Positions 9,097-19,049 of a stretch of 64,000 nt of DNA are shown piece by piece. Position numbers and translations under genes: made by a program. The notes beneath the pieces are model-generated. The model made no database searches. It was given only the letters and a program-made list of their open reading frames with translations, and was not told the origin of the DNA. Location: NCBI GenBank assembly GCA_041483195.1, contig JBGPFC010000002.1, positions 64,001-128,000 on the forward strand, in the 5' to 3' direction. Every line of letters starts with the position of its first letter. The first letter of the stretch is position 1. The stretch comes from Candidatus Eiseniibacteriota bacterium. GTDB lineage: Bacteria; Eisenbacteria; RBG-16-71-46.

Positions 9097-9818
9097 TCCA
9101 CGCGATCCTCTCCGACATCCACGGCAACCTCGAAGCGCTCGAAGCGGTGCTCGCCCACCTCACGGAGGAGCGGCCCGACAGCGTCGTGTGCCTCGGCGAC
9201 TTCGTCGGCTACGGCGCATCGCCCAACGAGTGCATCGATCGTCTGCGTCCCCGGATCGAAGCGGCGGTCGCCGGCAATCACGACCTCGCGGCGTGCGGGC
9301 GGCTCCGGCTGAACTACTTCAATCACGACGCGGCGACGGCCGCGCGCTGGACCGACGTGCAGCTCAGCCCCGAGAACCGCGCCTATCTGGTGGACCTGCC
9401 CTACGCCGTCGCGTGGCGCGGGGCGAAGCTGGTGCACGCATCTCCCGCCGATCCCGAGGAGTGGCACTACGTGCTCTCGCCCAACGACGCGCTGGTCGAG
9501 ATGGGCGCCTATCCCGAGGTGCTGTGCTTCATCGGGCACTCGCACTTCCCGGGGGTTTTCGATCGCGACGAACTGAGGGTGCGATACACCCGCGAGCCAG
9601 AGCTCCCGATTCAGCCCGGGCATCGCTACCTGGTGAACGTCGGCAGCGTCGGCCAGCCGCGCGACGGCGACCCGCGCGCCGGCTACGTGCTGTGGGACGA
9701 CGAGGCCCACACCGTGCGCCACGTGCGGCTCGAGTACGACGTCGCGACCGCGATGCAGCGGATTCGCGCCGCCGGGCTGCCGCCGTTTCTCGCGGAGCGG
9801 CTGCAGTGGGGCGAATGA
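9093..9818 (+). CDS. Calcineurin-like metallophosphoesterase
   Basis: SDIHGN, LGDFVGYG, GNHD, HASP, GHSH, NVGSVGQPRDGDPRA. Confidence 0.9.
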   Translation: MIHAILSDIHGNLEALEAVLAHLTEERPDSVVCLGDFVGYGASPNECIDRLRPRIEAAVAGNHDLAACGRLRLNYFNHDAATAARWTDVQLSPENRAYLVDLPYAVAWRGAKLVHASPADPEEWHYVLSPNDALVEMGAYPEVLCFIGHSHFPGVFDRDELRVRYTREPELPIQPGHRYLVNVGSVGQPRDGDPRAGYVLWDDEAHTVRHVRLEYDVATAMQRIRAAGLPPFLAERLQWGE

Positions 9819-9890
9819 CATGACCGCGTTCAGCGAGACGGGCCGGCCCCGCCGCCCGGCCCGGCCCGCGGTGCAAGCGGGGCGTCGCGC

Positions 9891-10679
9891 GTGAGCGGGC
9901 CCATGCCGAAGCGCGTTTCGACGCTCGCCCACTGGGAATCGTACTGGCTCGGGCACGCCAACCTGGAAGAGACATACTCCACGGGCGGCCGGCTCACCCG
10001 CGAGATCCTGAGCGACGGGCCGGTCAATGGGCTGCGCGTGCTCGAGGTGGGGGCGGGCTCCGGCCGCGACACGCTGGGCCTGACGCGGGCCGGCGCGATC
10101 GGCATCGTGCTCGATTACTCGCCCGCTTCGCTCGATCTGGTCCGGCGCCAGGCGCGCTCGCAGGGACTCGCGGTTCAGCTGGTGCGCGCCGACGCGCTCG
10201 CGATGCCGTTCCGCGATGGGGCGATCGACGTGGTGTTCCACCAGGGCCTGCTCGAACACTTCCGCGATCCCATGCCGCTGCTGCGCGAGAACGCCCGCGT
10301 CACGCGGCGCGGCGGGCGCGTGGTGGTGGACGTGCCGCAGACCGTGCATCTCTACACCCTCATGAAGCAGGTCCTGATCGCGATGAATCGATGGTTCGCG
10401 GGATGGGAGACCCAGTTCACCCCGGGCGGGCTCGAGCGGCGCGTGCGCGAGTCCGGGCTCAGGGTGCGACGCACGTACGGCGAGTGGATGGTGCCGGGGC
10501 TCGCCTACCGCGCGCTGCGCGAGACCCTGAAGCGCTTCCTCCGAATGACGCTGCCGCTCGAGCCGCGCGGGCCGAAGTGGTGGCACGCGGGGTGGGAGGG
10601 ATGGCGTGCCCGAGCGATTCGCCACCGGGCCGCGCTCTACACGTGCCACGTGATCGGCACGGTGGGCGAGAAGCCGTGA
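9891..10679 (+). CDS. Class I SAM-dependent methyltransferase
   Basis: VLEVGAGSG motif I, ADALAMPFRDGAIDVV, GLLEHF. Confidence 0.85.
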   Translation: MSGPMPKRVSTLAHWESYWLGHANLEETYSTGGRLTREILSDGPVNGLRVLEVGAGSGRDTLGLTRAGAIGIVLDYSPASLDLVRRQARSQGLAVQLVRADALAMPFRDGAIDVVFHQGLLEHFRDPMPLLRENARVTRRGGRVVVDVPQTVHLYTLMKQVLIAMNRWFAGWETQFTPGGLERRVRESGLRVRRTYGEWMVPGLAYRALRETLKRFLRMTLPLEPRGPKWWHAGWEGWRARAIRHRAALYTCHVIGTVGEKP

Positions 10680-11800
10680 GCGGCGCGCCGCACCTGCTGG
10701 CCGTCAACTTCCGCGATCCCGCGCACCCGGAAGCGGGGGGCGCGGAGCTCCATCTCGAGCACATCCTGCTCGAGGCGGTCGGGCGCGGCATGCGGGTCAC
10801 GTGGCTCGCGGCCGGGTTTCCCGGCGCGGCCGAGCAGGGCGAACATCGCGGGATCCGCGTCGTCCGGCGCGGCGACTGGTGGAATTTCAATCTGGTGGTC
10901 CCGGGCGTGCTGCGCCGCGAGTTCTCGAGCCCGCCGCCGGAGCTCGTGGTCGAGGACATCAACAAGGTTCCGTGCTTCACGCCCTGGTGGTCGAGATCGC
11001 GCGTCGCGGTGATCGTTCCCCATCTGTTCGGAACCGCCGCGTTTCGCGAGGCCTCGCTCCCGATCGCCGGCTACGTGATCGCGCTCGAAGCGCTCATCCC
11101 GAGCGCGTACCGTGGCTCGCGGTTCGTGGTCATCTCGGAGAGCACGCGCGACGACCTCGTCGCGCGCGGCATCCCGCGCGAGCGCGTCGCGGTCGTGCAC
11201 TGCGGGCTCGACCACGCGCACTACCGCCCCGATTCCGCGGGAACCAAGAGCGAACGTCCCACGGTGCTCTACATCGGGCGATTGCGACGCTACAAGGGGG
11301 TCGACTGGGTGATGCGCTCGCTGCCCCGGGTCCTGCGGCGCGTGCCAGGGGCGCGGCTGGTCGTGGTCGGCGACGGGCCCCACCTGCCGGAGCTCAAGCT
11401 CTCGGCGGCCCGTCGCGGTCTCTCGCACGCCGTGGAGTTCCGCGGATTCCTCCCGCTCGATGAGAAGGTCCGTCTGCTCCGCGAGGCGTGGGTGCTGGTG
11501 CAGCCCTCGCCCAAGGAAGGCTGGGGGCTCACCGTGGTGGAGGCCGGCGCGTGCGGCACCGCGGTGGTCGCGGCCGACAGCCCGGGGCTCCGCGACTCGG
11601 TGCAGCATGACGTGACCGGCCTGCTGGTTCCCTACGACGACGACACCCGGCTGGTGGAGGCGCTCTCCCGCGTGCTCGAGGACGCAGCGTTGCGCGGGCG
11701 CCTCGCGGCGGCGGGGACGGCATGGGCCGCGCGCTTCACGTGGCCCGAGTGCGCGGCACGCTCGCTCGACGCGCTGCTCGACGACGCGGGGGGGCGCTGA
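10676..11800 (+). CDS. Glycosyltransferase family 4 (GT-B)
   Basis: HPEAGGAE, YIGRLRRYKG, PSPKEGWGLTVVEAGACG. Confidence 0.9.
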   Translation: MSGAPHLLAVNFRDPAHPEAGGAELHLEHILLEAVGRGMRVTWLAAGFPGAAEQGEHRGIRVVRRGDWWNFNLVVPGVLRREFSSPPPELVVEDINKVPCFTPWWSRSRVAVIVPHLFGTAAFREASLPIAGYVIALEALIPSAYRGSRFVVISESTRDDLVARGIPRERVAVVHCGLDHAHYRPDSAGTKSERPTVLYIGRLRRYKGVDWVMRSLPRVLRRVPGARLVVVGDGPHLPELKLSAARRGLSHAVEFRGFLPLDEKVRLLREAWVLVQPSPKEGWGLTVVEAGACGTAVVAADSPGLRDSVQHDVTGLLVPYDDDTRLVEALSRVLEDAALRGRLAAAGTAWAARFTWPECAARSLDALLDDAGGR

Positions 11801-11801
11801 G

Positions 11802-12797
11802 ATGGCGGGCGGCGGACGTCCGGGCGCGAAGGCGCTCCTCATCGGGTTCAAGATCGCGTTCAGCCTCGGCCTCATGGCATTCCTGGTCTCCCGCATCCCG
11901 CTCGACAGCCTGGGCGATGCGCTGCGCGGCGCGCGACGCGAGTGGCTGGTCGCGGCCTGGCTGCTGTTGCTCGCCAGCAATCTGATCGGCAGCTACCAGT
12001 GGGAGCGCCTGCTCGCGGCGGTCGAGATCCGGATCCCGTTCTGGAAGGTGTGCGCCTACTACCACGTCGGGCTGTTCTTCAACAATTTCCTCCCCGCGAA
12101 CATCGGCGGCGACATCGCCCGCGTCGCCGACGCCTCGCGCTACGGCCCCACCCGAGCCGCCGCGGTCTCGACCGTGATACTCGACCGTCTGATCGGAACC
12201 GTCGCGCTCGCCGGGCTCGCGCTGGTCACCACGCTGCCGGCGATCGACCACTTCCATCTGACCCTCGTCTACCTCGCGGTGGTGGGATTCTTCGCGCTGA
12301 GCGTCGGGCTGCTGTGGGCGCTGTTCCACCCGGCGCTGCTCCCGCTCGCGGAGCGCGTGCTCGCGCGGGTCGGGATGGGCGGGCTCAAGCCGCACCTCGA
12401 CGAGCTGGCGATGCGTCTGGCGCGCTTCCGTGGCCAGCGCCGGCTGTTTCTCCAGCTGATCGCCGTCGCGCTCGTCGTGCAGGTCTCACGCATCTTCGTG
12501 CACGTTCTGGTCGCGCGCGCGCTGGGGCTCTCGGTGCCGCTTCCTTACTTCTTCCTTTTCGTGCCGCTGCTCGCGGTGATAGTCTCGCTGCCCATCTCGT
12601 TGAATGGCATCGGCGTGCGGGAGGGTGCCGGCGTGGTGTTGTTCGGTCTGGTCGGCGTGAGCCGGGCCCACGCCTTCTCGCTCCAGTTCACGACCTATCT
12701 GATCGCCGTCGCGGTGAGTCTGCTCGGGGGACTCGTGTTCCTCGTGCGGATTCCCCGCCGGCGGGCGGAAGCGCGGCACACGGAGGGATCGTCCTGA
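11802..12797 (+). CDS. Flippase-like membrane protein (UPF0104 / LPG-synthase TM region)
   Basis: Multi-TM; FFNNFLPANIGGD, DRLIG, LPISLNGIGVRE. Confidence 0.85.
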   Translation: MAGGGRPGAKALLIGFKIAFSLGLMAFLVSRIPLDSLGDALRGARREWLVAAWLLLLASNLIGSYQWERLLAAVEIRIPFWKVCAYYHVGLFFNNFLPANIGGDIARVADASRYGPTRAAAVSTVILDRLIGTVALAGLALVTTLPAIDHFHLTLVYLAVVGFFALSVGLLWALFHPALLPLAERVLARVGMGGLKPHLDELAMRLARFRGQRRLFLQLIAVALVVQVSRIFVHVLVARALGLSVPLPYFFLFVPLLAVIVSLPISLNGIGVREGAGVVLFGLVGVSRAHAFSLQFTTYLIAVAVSLLGGLVFLVRIPRRRAEARHTEGSS

Positions 12798-15415
12798 TGA
12801 ATTGGAACGGGCGCGCGACAGCGGGTCTCGCGCTGATCGTGTTTCTGGTGTCCGCCGCCATCTTCATGATCACGCTCACCCCGACCGTTCCGTTCTGGGA
12901 TTCCGGCGAGTTCATCGCCGTCTCGTACATCCTCGGCATTCCGCACCCGCCCGGCACGCCGTTCTACGTGCTGCTCGGCCGGGTCGCCTCGCTCATTCCG
13001 TGGTCCGACGTCGCGCACCGCGTGAACGGCCTCTCCGCGATCTCCTCGGCGCTGGCGGTGATGATCACCTTCCTCACCGGGCTCAAGCTGATCCGCGTGT
13101 CGATGCCGCCGGAGCGCACCCGCTCGCAGGACTGGCTCGCTTACGGCGGTGCGGCGCTCGGCGCGTTCATGCTCGCGTTCTCCGACAACTTCTGGGAGAA
13201 CTCGATCGAGGCCGAGGTCTACTCGATGATGAGCCTCGCGCAGATCCTGGTGTTCTGGCTCGGCCTGAGGTGGTGGGAGGCGCACGAACGCCGCCCGACG
13301 GTCGGACCGCTGCTGGTCGCGATCTACGTCATGTGGCTGTGCGTCGGGCTCCATCTCGGCGTCGGGATGATGGGACTGCCGCTGCTGGTGCTCGCGATGC
13401 TGGTGGATCGCAAGGTGGCCGGGCTGTTCGCGATGCCCTTCCTCGCGGTGCTGCTCGTCACCTGGGGCCTCGAGCGGATGGTGGGAGGCGTGATCGTTGG
13501 CGCGGCCGCGCTCACCGTCTACTTCGCGAGCAAGAAGAAGATCCCGGGCTGGCTCGCGCTCACCTCCGCGGCCGGCTCGCTGTACGCCACCTACGTGGCG
13601 TTCAGCGACGTGGACTTCACGCCCGGCAGCGCGCTGATCGCGGCGGCCTCGGTGCTGGCTCCGATGATCGCGCTCGCGCGCAAGGCGCGCGAGGGCCGCA
13701 TCCTCCTGCTCGCGCTCTTCCTCATGACGGTCGGCTACTCGACGCACCTCTACCTGCCGATCCGGGCCGCGCAGCACCCGGCGATCAACGAGGGCAATCC
13801 GTCGAACTGGGAACGGATGCGCGATCTGCTCGAGCGCAAGCAGTACGGCTCGTCCAGCATGTTCGTGCGGCGCGGGCCGCTGTCGGCCCAGCTCGACAAG
13901 GAATTCTGGCGCTATTTCCAGCGTCAGTGGCCGCTGATGCCGGCGGGGCGCCCCTGGGTCGCCTCGCTGCTGCCGCTGCTGCTGGGCGTCGCGGGGGCGG
14001 TGTGGCACGCGCGGCGCAACCGAACATCTTTCCTAACGTGCGGCGTGCTGTTCGCGTTCGCGACCGCCGGCATGATCGTGTTTCTCAACTTCACCGATCA
14101 CGAGGTCCGCGACCGCGACTACTTCTTCACGACCGGCTACCACTGGTATGCGCTGTGGATCGGCATGGGTGGAGTATGGCTGGCCGGCTGGGTGCGCGAG
14201 TCGTTCGCGCCGGGCCGCATGCGGGGAGTCGCGACCGGATCCACCGCCGCGGTGCTCATGCTGCTGCCTGCGCTGCTCTGCAAGAACCTCTGGTTCATGC
14301 ACGACCGCAGCGGGAACTACGTCGCGCACGACTACGCGTACAACATGCTGGCGCCGCTGGCCCCCAATTCGTACGTCTTCACCAACGGAGACAACGATAC
14401 GTTCCCGCTCTGGTACATGCAGGAGGTCGAGCACTGGCGCAAGGACGTGCGGGTCGTGAACCTGAGCCTGCTGAACACCGACTGGTACATCCGGCAGCTG
14501 CGCGACGAGACGCCGCGGGTGCCGATGTCGGTCGACGATCGCACCGTCGACATGCTCGGCCGCGGCGCCGTGCAGGACACCAGCGGACGGATCCTCTACA
14601 CCAACCAGTTCATGGTGCAGCACATCGTCCAGCAGAGCCACCGGCCCGATGGCGCGGGCTGGATCAAGCAGCCCTACTTCGCCGTGACGGTGCCCGATCA
14701 GATGGGGCTCACGCCCTACTTCACGCTCGAGGGCCTGGTCTACCGCGTGAACACCGACAGCCTGCAGGGGGTGTTCGACGCGGAGCGCACGCGCAAGTCG
14801 CTCTACGACGATTTCAAATATCGCGGGCTGTTCCTCAAGGACGGTTCGTGGGACTCGACCGTGTACAAGGACGAGAACGCCTCGACGCTCACGCGCAACT
14901 ACATGGCGGCGCACCTGCAGCTCGCGTTCTACTACCGGCACCACGACGATCTGGGGCGCGCGATCGCCGAGATGGAGCGCGTGAGCCGCATGTTCCCGGA
15001 CTTCATCGAGGCCCAGATCCCGCTCGGCGGCTTCTACCTCGACCACGGGGATACCGCGAAGGCGATCGAGTTGTTCGCGCGACTCGCGCGGCTCCACCCG
15101 GAAAATCCCGAGGCGCGCTACTACTACGGCGTCACCCGGATCTACCGGGGCGACCTCGAGGGCGGCATCCGCGAGTTCGACGCCGCGATCCAGGATGAGC
15201 CCAACTACAACATGGCGTATTACGCGGCGTACTCGATGCTGTGGGAACGGGGCCAGCGCGAGCGCGCCCTGACCTACCTCGAGCGCTGGCTCTCGCTGCA
15301 TCCCGACGACGCGCAGGCGCGCGCGCTGCTGGAGGGCCAGCGCCAGGGAGCCGGCGCCGTGCCGCGCCGCAACGCGCCGCCTCCGCCTCCGACCCGGATC
15401 CCGGGCCTGCCCTGA
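12797..15415 (+). CDS. DUF2723 / TMEM260-like GT-C protein with C-terminal TPR repeats
   Basis: PTVPFWDSGEFIA...LGIPHPPGTPFY, EAEVYS, EVRDRDYFF, FTNGDNDTFPLWY, VRVVNLSLLNTDWY; TPR-like helices at the C-terminus. Confidence 0.88.
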   Translation: MNWNGRATAGLALIVFLVSAAIFMITLTPTVPFWDSGEFIAVSYILGIPHPPGTPFYVLLGRVASLIPWSDVAHRVNGLSAISSALAVMITFLTGLKLIRVSMPPERTRSQDWLAYGGAALGAFMLAFSDNFWENSIEAEVYSMMSLAQILVFWLGLRWWEAHERRPTVGPLLVAIYVMWLCVGLHLGVGMMGLPLLVLAMLVDRKVAGLFAMPFLAVLLVTWGLERMVGGVIVGAAALTVYFASKKKIPGWLALTSAAGSLYATYVAFSDVDFTPGSALIAAASVLAPMIALARKAREGRILLLALFLMTVGYSTHLYLPIRAAQHPAINEGNPSNWERMRDLLERKQYGSSSMFVRRGPLSAQLDKEFWRYFQRQWPLMPAGRPWVASLLPLLLGVAGAVWHARRNRTSFLTCGVLFAFATAGMIVFLNFTDHEVRDRDYFFTTGYHWYALWIGMGGVWLAGWVRESFAPGRMRGVATGSTAAVLMLLPALLCKNLWFMHDRSGNYVAHDYAYNMLAPLAPNSYVFTNGDNDTFPLWYMQEVEHWRKDVRVVNLSLLNTDWYIRQLRDETPRVPMSVDDRTVDMLGRGAVQDTSGRILYTNQFMVQHIVQQSHRPDGAGWIKQPYFAVTVPDQMGLTPYFTLEGLVYRVNTDSLQGVFDAERTRKSLYDDFKYRGLFLKDGSWDSTVYKDENASTLTRNYMAAHLQLAFYYRHHDDLGRAIAEMERVSRMFPDFIEAQIPLGGFYLDHGDTAKAIELFARLARLHPENPEARYYYGVTRIYRGDLEGGIREFDAAIQDEPNYNMAYYAAYSMLWERGQRERALTYLERWLSLHPDDAQARALLEGQRQGAGAVPRRNAPPPPPTRIPGLP

Positions 15416-15429
15416 TCGGGCGCCCCTCC

Positions 15430-16389
15430 ATGGCCGAAACGCACGCGCTGGTGACCGGGGCCGCCGGCTTCATCGGCTCGCACCTGGTCGAGCGGCTGCT
15501 GCGCGAGGGGGCGCGCGTGACCGGAGTGGACTGCTTCACCGACTACTACGATCCCGCGCTCAAGCGCCGCAATCTCGAGGCCGCGCGCGCCGATCCGCGC
15601 TTCGCGCTGCTCGAGCTCGACCTGGGCGCCGCCGACCTCGCGACGCTTCCCGAGGTGGGCGTCGTATTCCACCAGGCGGCGCAGCCGGGGGTGCGGGCAT
15701 CCTGGGGCCGGGAGTTCGCGGCCTACGTCCATCACAACGTGCTCGCGACGCAGCGGCTGCTCGAGCGCTACCGGCAGGCGCCGCTCGAGCGATTCGTGTA
15801 CGCATCTTCGTCTTCGGTCTACGGCGACGCGGAGCGCTTTCCCACCGACGAGCTGCTGCTGCCGCGCCCGTTCTCGCCGTACGGCGTGACCAAGCTGGCT
15901 GGCGAACACCTCGCGCTGCTCTACGGGCGCAACTTCGGGCTCCCGGTGACGGCGTTGCGCTACTTCACGGTGTACGGCCCGCGCCAGCGCCCCGACATGG
16001 CGTTTCATCGTTTCTGCCGCGCCCTGCTGCAGGGCGAGGAGATCGTCGTGTACGGCGACGGCCGGCAGTCGCGGGATTTCACGTTCATCGACGACGCGAT
16101 CGAGGCCAATCTCCGTGCCTGGCGGCGCGCGAGCCCGCAGGGTGTGTACAATGTGGGGGGCGGGTCGCAGGTCGATGTGCTGGAGGCGATCACGATGCTC
16201 GAGCGCGCGCTCGGACGCGCGGCGCGTCTGCGATTCGAGCCGCGTCCGCCCGGCGATCCCCTGCGCACGCGCGCCGATGCGTCGCGCATCTCGCAGGAGC
16301 TCGGCTTCGTGCCGGCGGTGCCGATCGACCGCGGGCTGGCCGCGGAGGCGGAGTGGGCCAGGCAGCTCTACGCGAGGAGCGTCGCTTGA
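15430..16389 (+). CDS. NAD-dependent nucleotide-sugar epimerase/dehydratase
   Basis: TGAAGFIGSH, HQAAQPGVR, SSSSVYG, YGVTK, RYFTVYGPRQRPDMA. Confidence 0.92.
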   Translation: MAETHALVTGAAGFIGSHLVERLLREGARVTGVDCFTDYYDPALKRRNLEAARADPRFALLELDLGAADLATLPEVGVVFHQAAQPGVRASWGREFAAYVHHNVLATQRLLERYRQAPLERFVYASSSSVYGDAERFPTDELLLPRPFSPYGVTKLAGEHLALLYGRNFGLPVTALRYFTVYGPRQRPDMAFHRFCRALLQGEEIVVYGDGRQSRDFTFIDDAIEANLRAWRRASPQGVYNVGGGSQVDVLEAITMLERALGRAARLRFEPRPPGDPLRTRADASRISQELGFVPAVPIDRGLAAEAEWARQLYARSVA

Positions 16390-17333
16390 GCGAGACGCCG
16401 TTCATCACGGTGCTGGTGCCGGCGTACAACGAGGCCGAGAGCGTGCCCGTGCTGCAGGCCGAGCTCGCGGCCGCACTCGATGCGCTGGGCCGTCCCTGGG
16501 AAGCGCTCTGGGTGGACGACGGCTCGCGCGACGGGACCGACGCGGCGATCGCCGCGATCGCCGCCGCCGACCCCCGGGTGCGCGGCGTCTCGCTGCGGCG
16601 CAATTTCGGAAAGTCCGCTGCGCTCGCGACCGGCTTCAAGCTCGCGCGCGGCGAATGGATCGTCACCATGGATGCCGACCTGCAGGACGATCCCGCCGAG
16701 CTGCCGCGCCTGATCGAAGCGCTCGAATCGGGCCACGATCTGGTCTCGGGCTGGAAGCTGAACCGCCAGGACCCGATCTCGAAGACCGTGCCCTCGCGCC
16801 TCTTCAACGCGGTGACGTCGTGGGTCGCCGGCGTGCGCCTGCACGACTTCAACTGCGGGTTCAAGCTCTACCGGCGAGAGGTGACGCTCGCGATCGAAGT
16901 CTACGGCGAGTTCCACCGCTTCATGCCGGCGCTCGCGCACTGGGCGGGATTCCGGGTCGCCGAGGTCGCCGTGCGCCATCGCCCGCGCCGCTTCGGGAAG
17001 AGCAAGTTCGGTCCCGCGCGCTTCGTGAACGGCTTCCTCGATCTCATGAGCGCCGCGTTCATCTCGACCTCGGCCCTCAAGCCGCTGCATGTGTTCGGGC
17101 GCATCGGCCTGCTGTTCCTGCTCGCGGGCTTCGGGATCGGCGCGTGGTTCGTCGCGCTGTGGCTGGGGGGCGAGCCGATGCGCGTCCGCCCGCTCATGCT
17201 GTTCGGCACGGGACTGGTGCTGCTCGGGATTCAGTTCATCCTGATGGGCCTGCTCGGCGAGATGATCGCCCACCTGGGCGCGCACGCGAGCTATCCGGTG
17301 CGCCGCCGCTACAATCTGGGCGAGGAGGCATGA
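16386..17333 (+). CDS. GT2 polyprenol-phosphate glycosyltransferase (ArnC/GtrB-like, two C-terminal TMs)
   Basis: VPAYNE, VDDGSRD, RNFGKSAAL, MDADLQDDP, DFNCGFKLY; TTG start overlapping upstream stop. Confidence 0.88.
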   Translation: MSETPFITVLVPAYNEAESVPVLQAELAAALDALGRPWEALWVDDGSRDGTDAAIAAIAAADPRVRGVSLRRNFGKSAALATGFKLARGEWIVTMDADLQDDPAELPRLIEALESGHDLVSGWKLNRQDPISKTVPSRLFNAVTSWVAGVRLHDFNCGFKLYRREVTLAIEVYGEFHRFMPALAHWAGFRVAEVAVRHRPRRFGKSKFGPARFVNGFLDLMSAAFISTSALKPLHVFGRIGLLFLLAGFGIGAWFVALWLGGEPMRVRPLMLFGTGLVLLGIQFILMGLLGEMIAHLGAHASYPVRRRYNLGEEA

Positions 17334-18022
17334 AGGCCTTCGTGCTCGCGGGCGGCATGGGCACGCGTCTCAAGTCGCGGTTCGGCGACCTGCCGAAGCC
17401 GCTCGCCCCGATCGGCGGCCGGCCATTTCTCGCGCGTCAGCTCGAGTGGCTCGGCGCGCGCGGGGTCCGGGAAGTCGTGGTGTGCGCGGGCTACGGCGCC
17501 GACCAGCTGCTGGGCGCGCTCGGCGATGGCCGCGCGCATGGCGTGCACATCGCGTGGTCGGTCGAGGCCGAGCCGCTCGGAACCGGCGGCGCGCTGCGGC
17601 TCGCGGGGAGCCACGTGAACGGCCCGGCGCTGGTGGTGAACGGCGACACGCTCCCCGATTGCGATCCGCTCGCGCTCGAGCGCGAGCGCTGGGAGCACGG
17701 CGCGCTGGGCGCGGTCGCGCTGTTCGAGGTGGCCGACGCGCGTGCGCGCGGCCGCGTCGAGTGCGACGCCGATGGCGTGATCGTTCGGTTCGTCGAGAAG
17801 GACGCGGCGTCGAGCGGCGCGGCCTGGGTGAACGGCGGGCTCTACGCGTTCGCGGCCGCGCTGTGGCGGCACCTGCCGGCCGGCGTCTCGTCGCTCGAGC
17901 GCGACGTGCTGCCGGAGCTCGCCGCAGCGGGCCGACTGCGCGGCTTCCGGAGCGCTGGCACGTTCTTCGACATCGGCACGCCCGATGAGTGGGAGCGGGC
18001 CGAGCGGCACTTCGCCTCATGA
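17330..18022 (+). CDS. Sugar-1-phosphate nucleotidyltransferase (HddC-like)
   Basis: LAGGMGTRL, PKPLAPI, EPLGTGGAL, VNGDT, FFDIGTP. Confidence 0.85.
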   Translation: MKAFVLAGGMGTRLKSRFGDLPKPLAPIGGRPFLARQLEWLGARGVREVVVCAGYGADQLLGALGDGRAHGVHIAWSVEAEPLGTGGALRLAGSHVNGPALVVNGDTLPDCDPLALERERWEHGALGAVALFEVADARARGRVECDADGVIVRFVEKDAASSGAAWVNGGLYAFAAALWRHLPAGVSSLERDVLPELAAAGRLRGFRSAGTFFDIGTPDEWERAERHFAS

Positions 18023-19047
18023 GGGCCCCGCACTATTTTCGCGCGCGCGCCCCGCTCCGGCTCTCGTTCTGCGGTGGAGGCACCGACGTCTCGCCGTATC
18101 CCGAGGAGCACGGGGGGATGGTGCTCTCGGCGACCATCAACCAGTACGCCCACGCCTCGCTGCGCCCGCGCCGCGACTCGCGTCTCACGCTCGCGAGCCT
18201 CGACTACGACGTGGTCGCGAAATACGACCATCCACGGCGGCTCAAGCTCGACGGCAGCCTCGATCTCATCAAGGCGGTGGTGCGTGCGTTCAAGGTGCGC
18301 CGCGGCGCCGACGTGTGGGTGCACAGCGACGCGCCGCCGGGCTCCGGGCTCGGCTCCTCGAGCACGCTGGTGGTCGCGCTGATCGGCGTCCTGAGCGAAT
18401 GGCTGAAGCGTCCGCTCTCGGGCTACGAGGCCGCGGAGCTGGCGTACCGCATCGAGCGCGTCGATCTCGGCCTCGCCGGCGGGCGGCAGGACCAGTACGC
18501 GGCCGCCTTCGGCGGCTTCAACTTCATCGAGTTTCACCGCGACTCGACCATCGTGAACCCGCTGCGCATCCCGCGCGCGGTGCTGCACGAGCTCGAGTAC
18601 CGCCTGCTGCTCTGCTACATGGGGCAGACGCGGCAGTCGGCGCGCATCATCGAACGCCAGACCGCTTCCTACCGCCAGGGCAAGCCCCAGGTGCTCGAGG
18701 CGCTCGAGCGGCTCAAGCGCGAGACGCTCGAGATGAAGAAGGCGCTGCTGCTCGGCGAGGTGGACGCGATCGGGGAGCTGCTGCACGAGGCGTGGGAGAA
18801 CAAGAAGCGTCTCGACGAAAGCATCTCGAACACCCGCGTCGACCGGCTCTATCGGCTCGCGCGCCGTGAGGGGGCAATCGGCGGCAAGATGCCGGGCGCC
18901 GGGGGCGGCGGATATTTTCTCCTGCTCACGCGCTTCGACCGCAAGCATCGCGTGGCGGCCGCGCTCGAGACGCACGGCGGGCAGGTGGTTCCGTTTCAGT
19001 TCGAGGCCCGCGGGCTCCAGACCTGGTCGTCGCCTCGCGCGCGCTGA
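18019..19047 (+). CDS. GHMP-family sugar kinase (HddA-like heptose-7-phosphate kinase)
   Basis: RAPLRLSFCGGGTD, PPGSGLGSSS, GGRQDQYAAAFGGFNFIEF, GAGGGG. Confidence 0.88.
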   Translation: MRAPHYFRARAPLRLSFCGGGTDVSPYPEEHGGMVLSATINQYAHASLRPRRDSRLTLASLDYDVVAKYDHPRRLKLDGSLDLIKAVVRAFKVRRGADVWVHSDAPPGSGLGSSSTLVVALIGVLSEWLKRPLSGYEAAELAYRIERVDLGLAGGRQDQYAAAFGGFNFIEFHRDSTIVNPLRIPRAVLHELEYRLLLCYMGQTRQSARIIERQTASYRQGKPQVLEALERLKRETLEMKKALLLGEVDAIGELLHEAWENKKRLDESISNTRVDRLYRLARREGAIGGKMPGAGGGGYFLLLTRFDRKHRVAAALETHGGQVVPFQFEARGLQTWSSPRAR

Positions 19048-19049
19048 CC

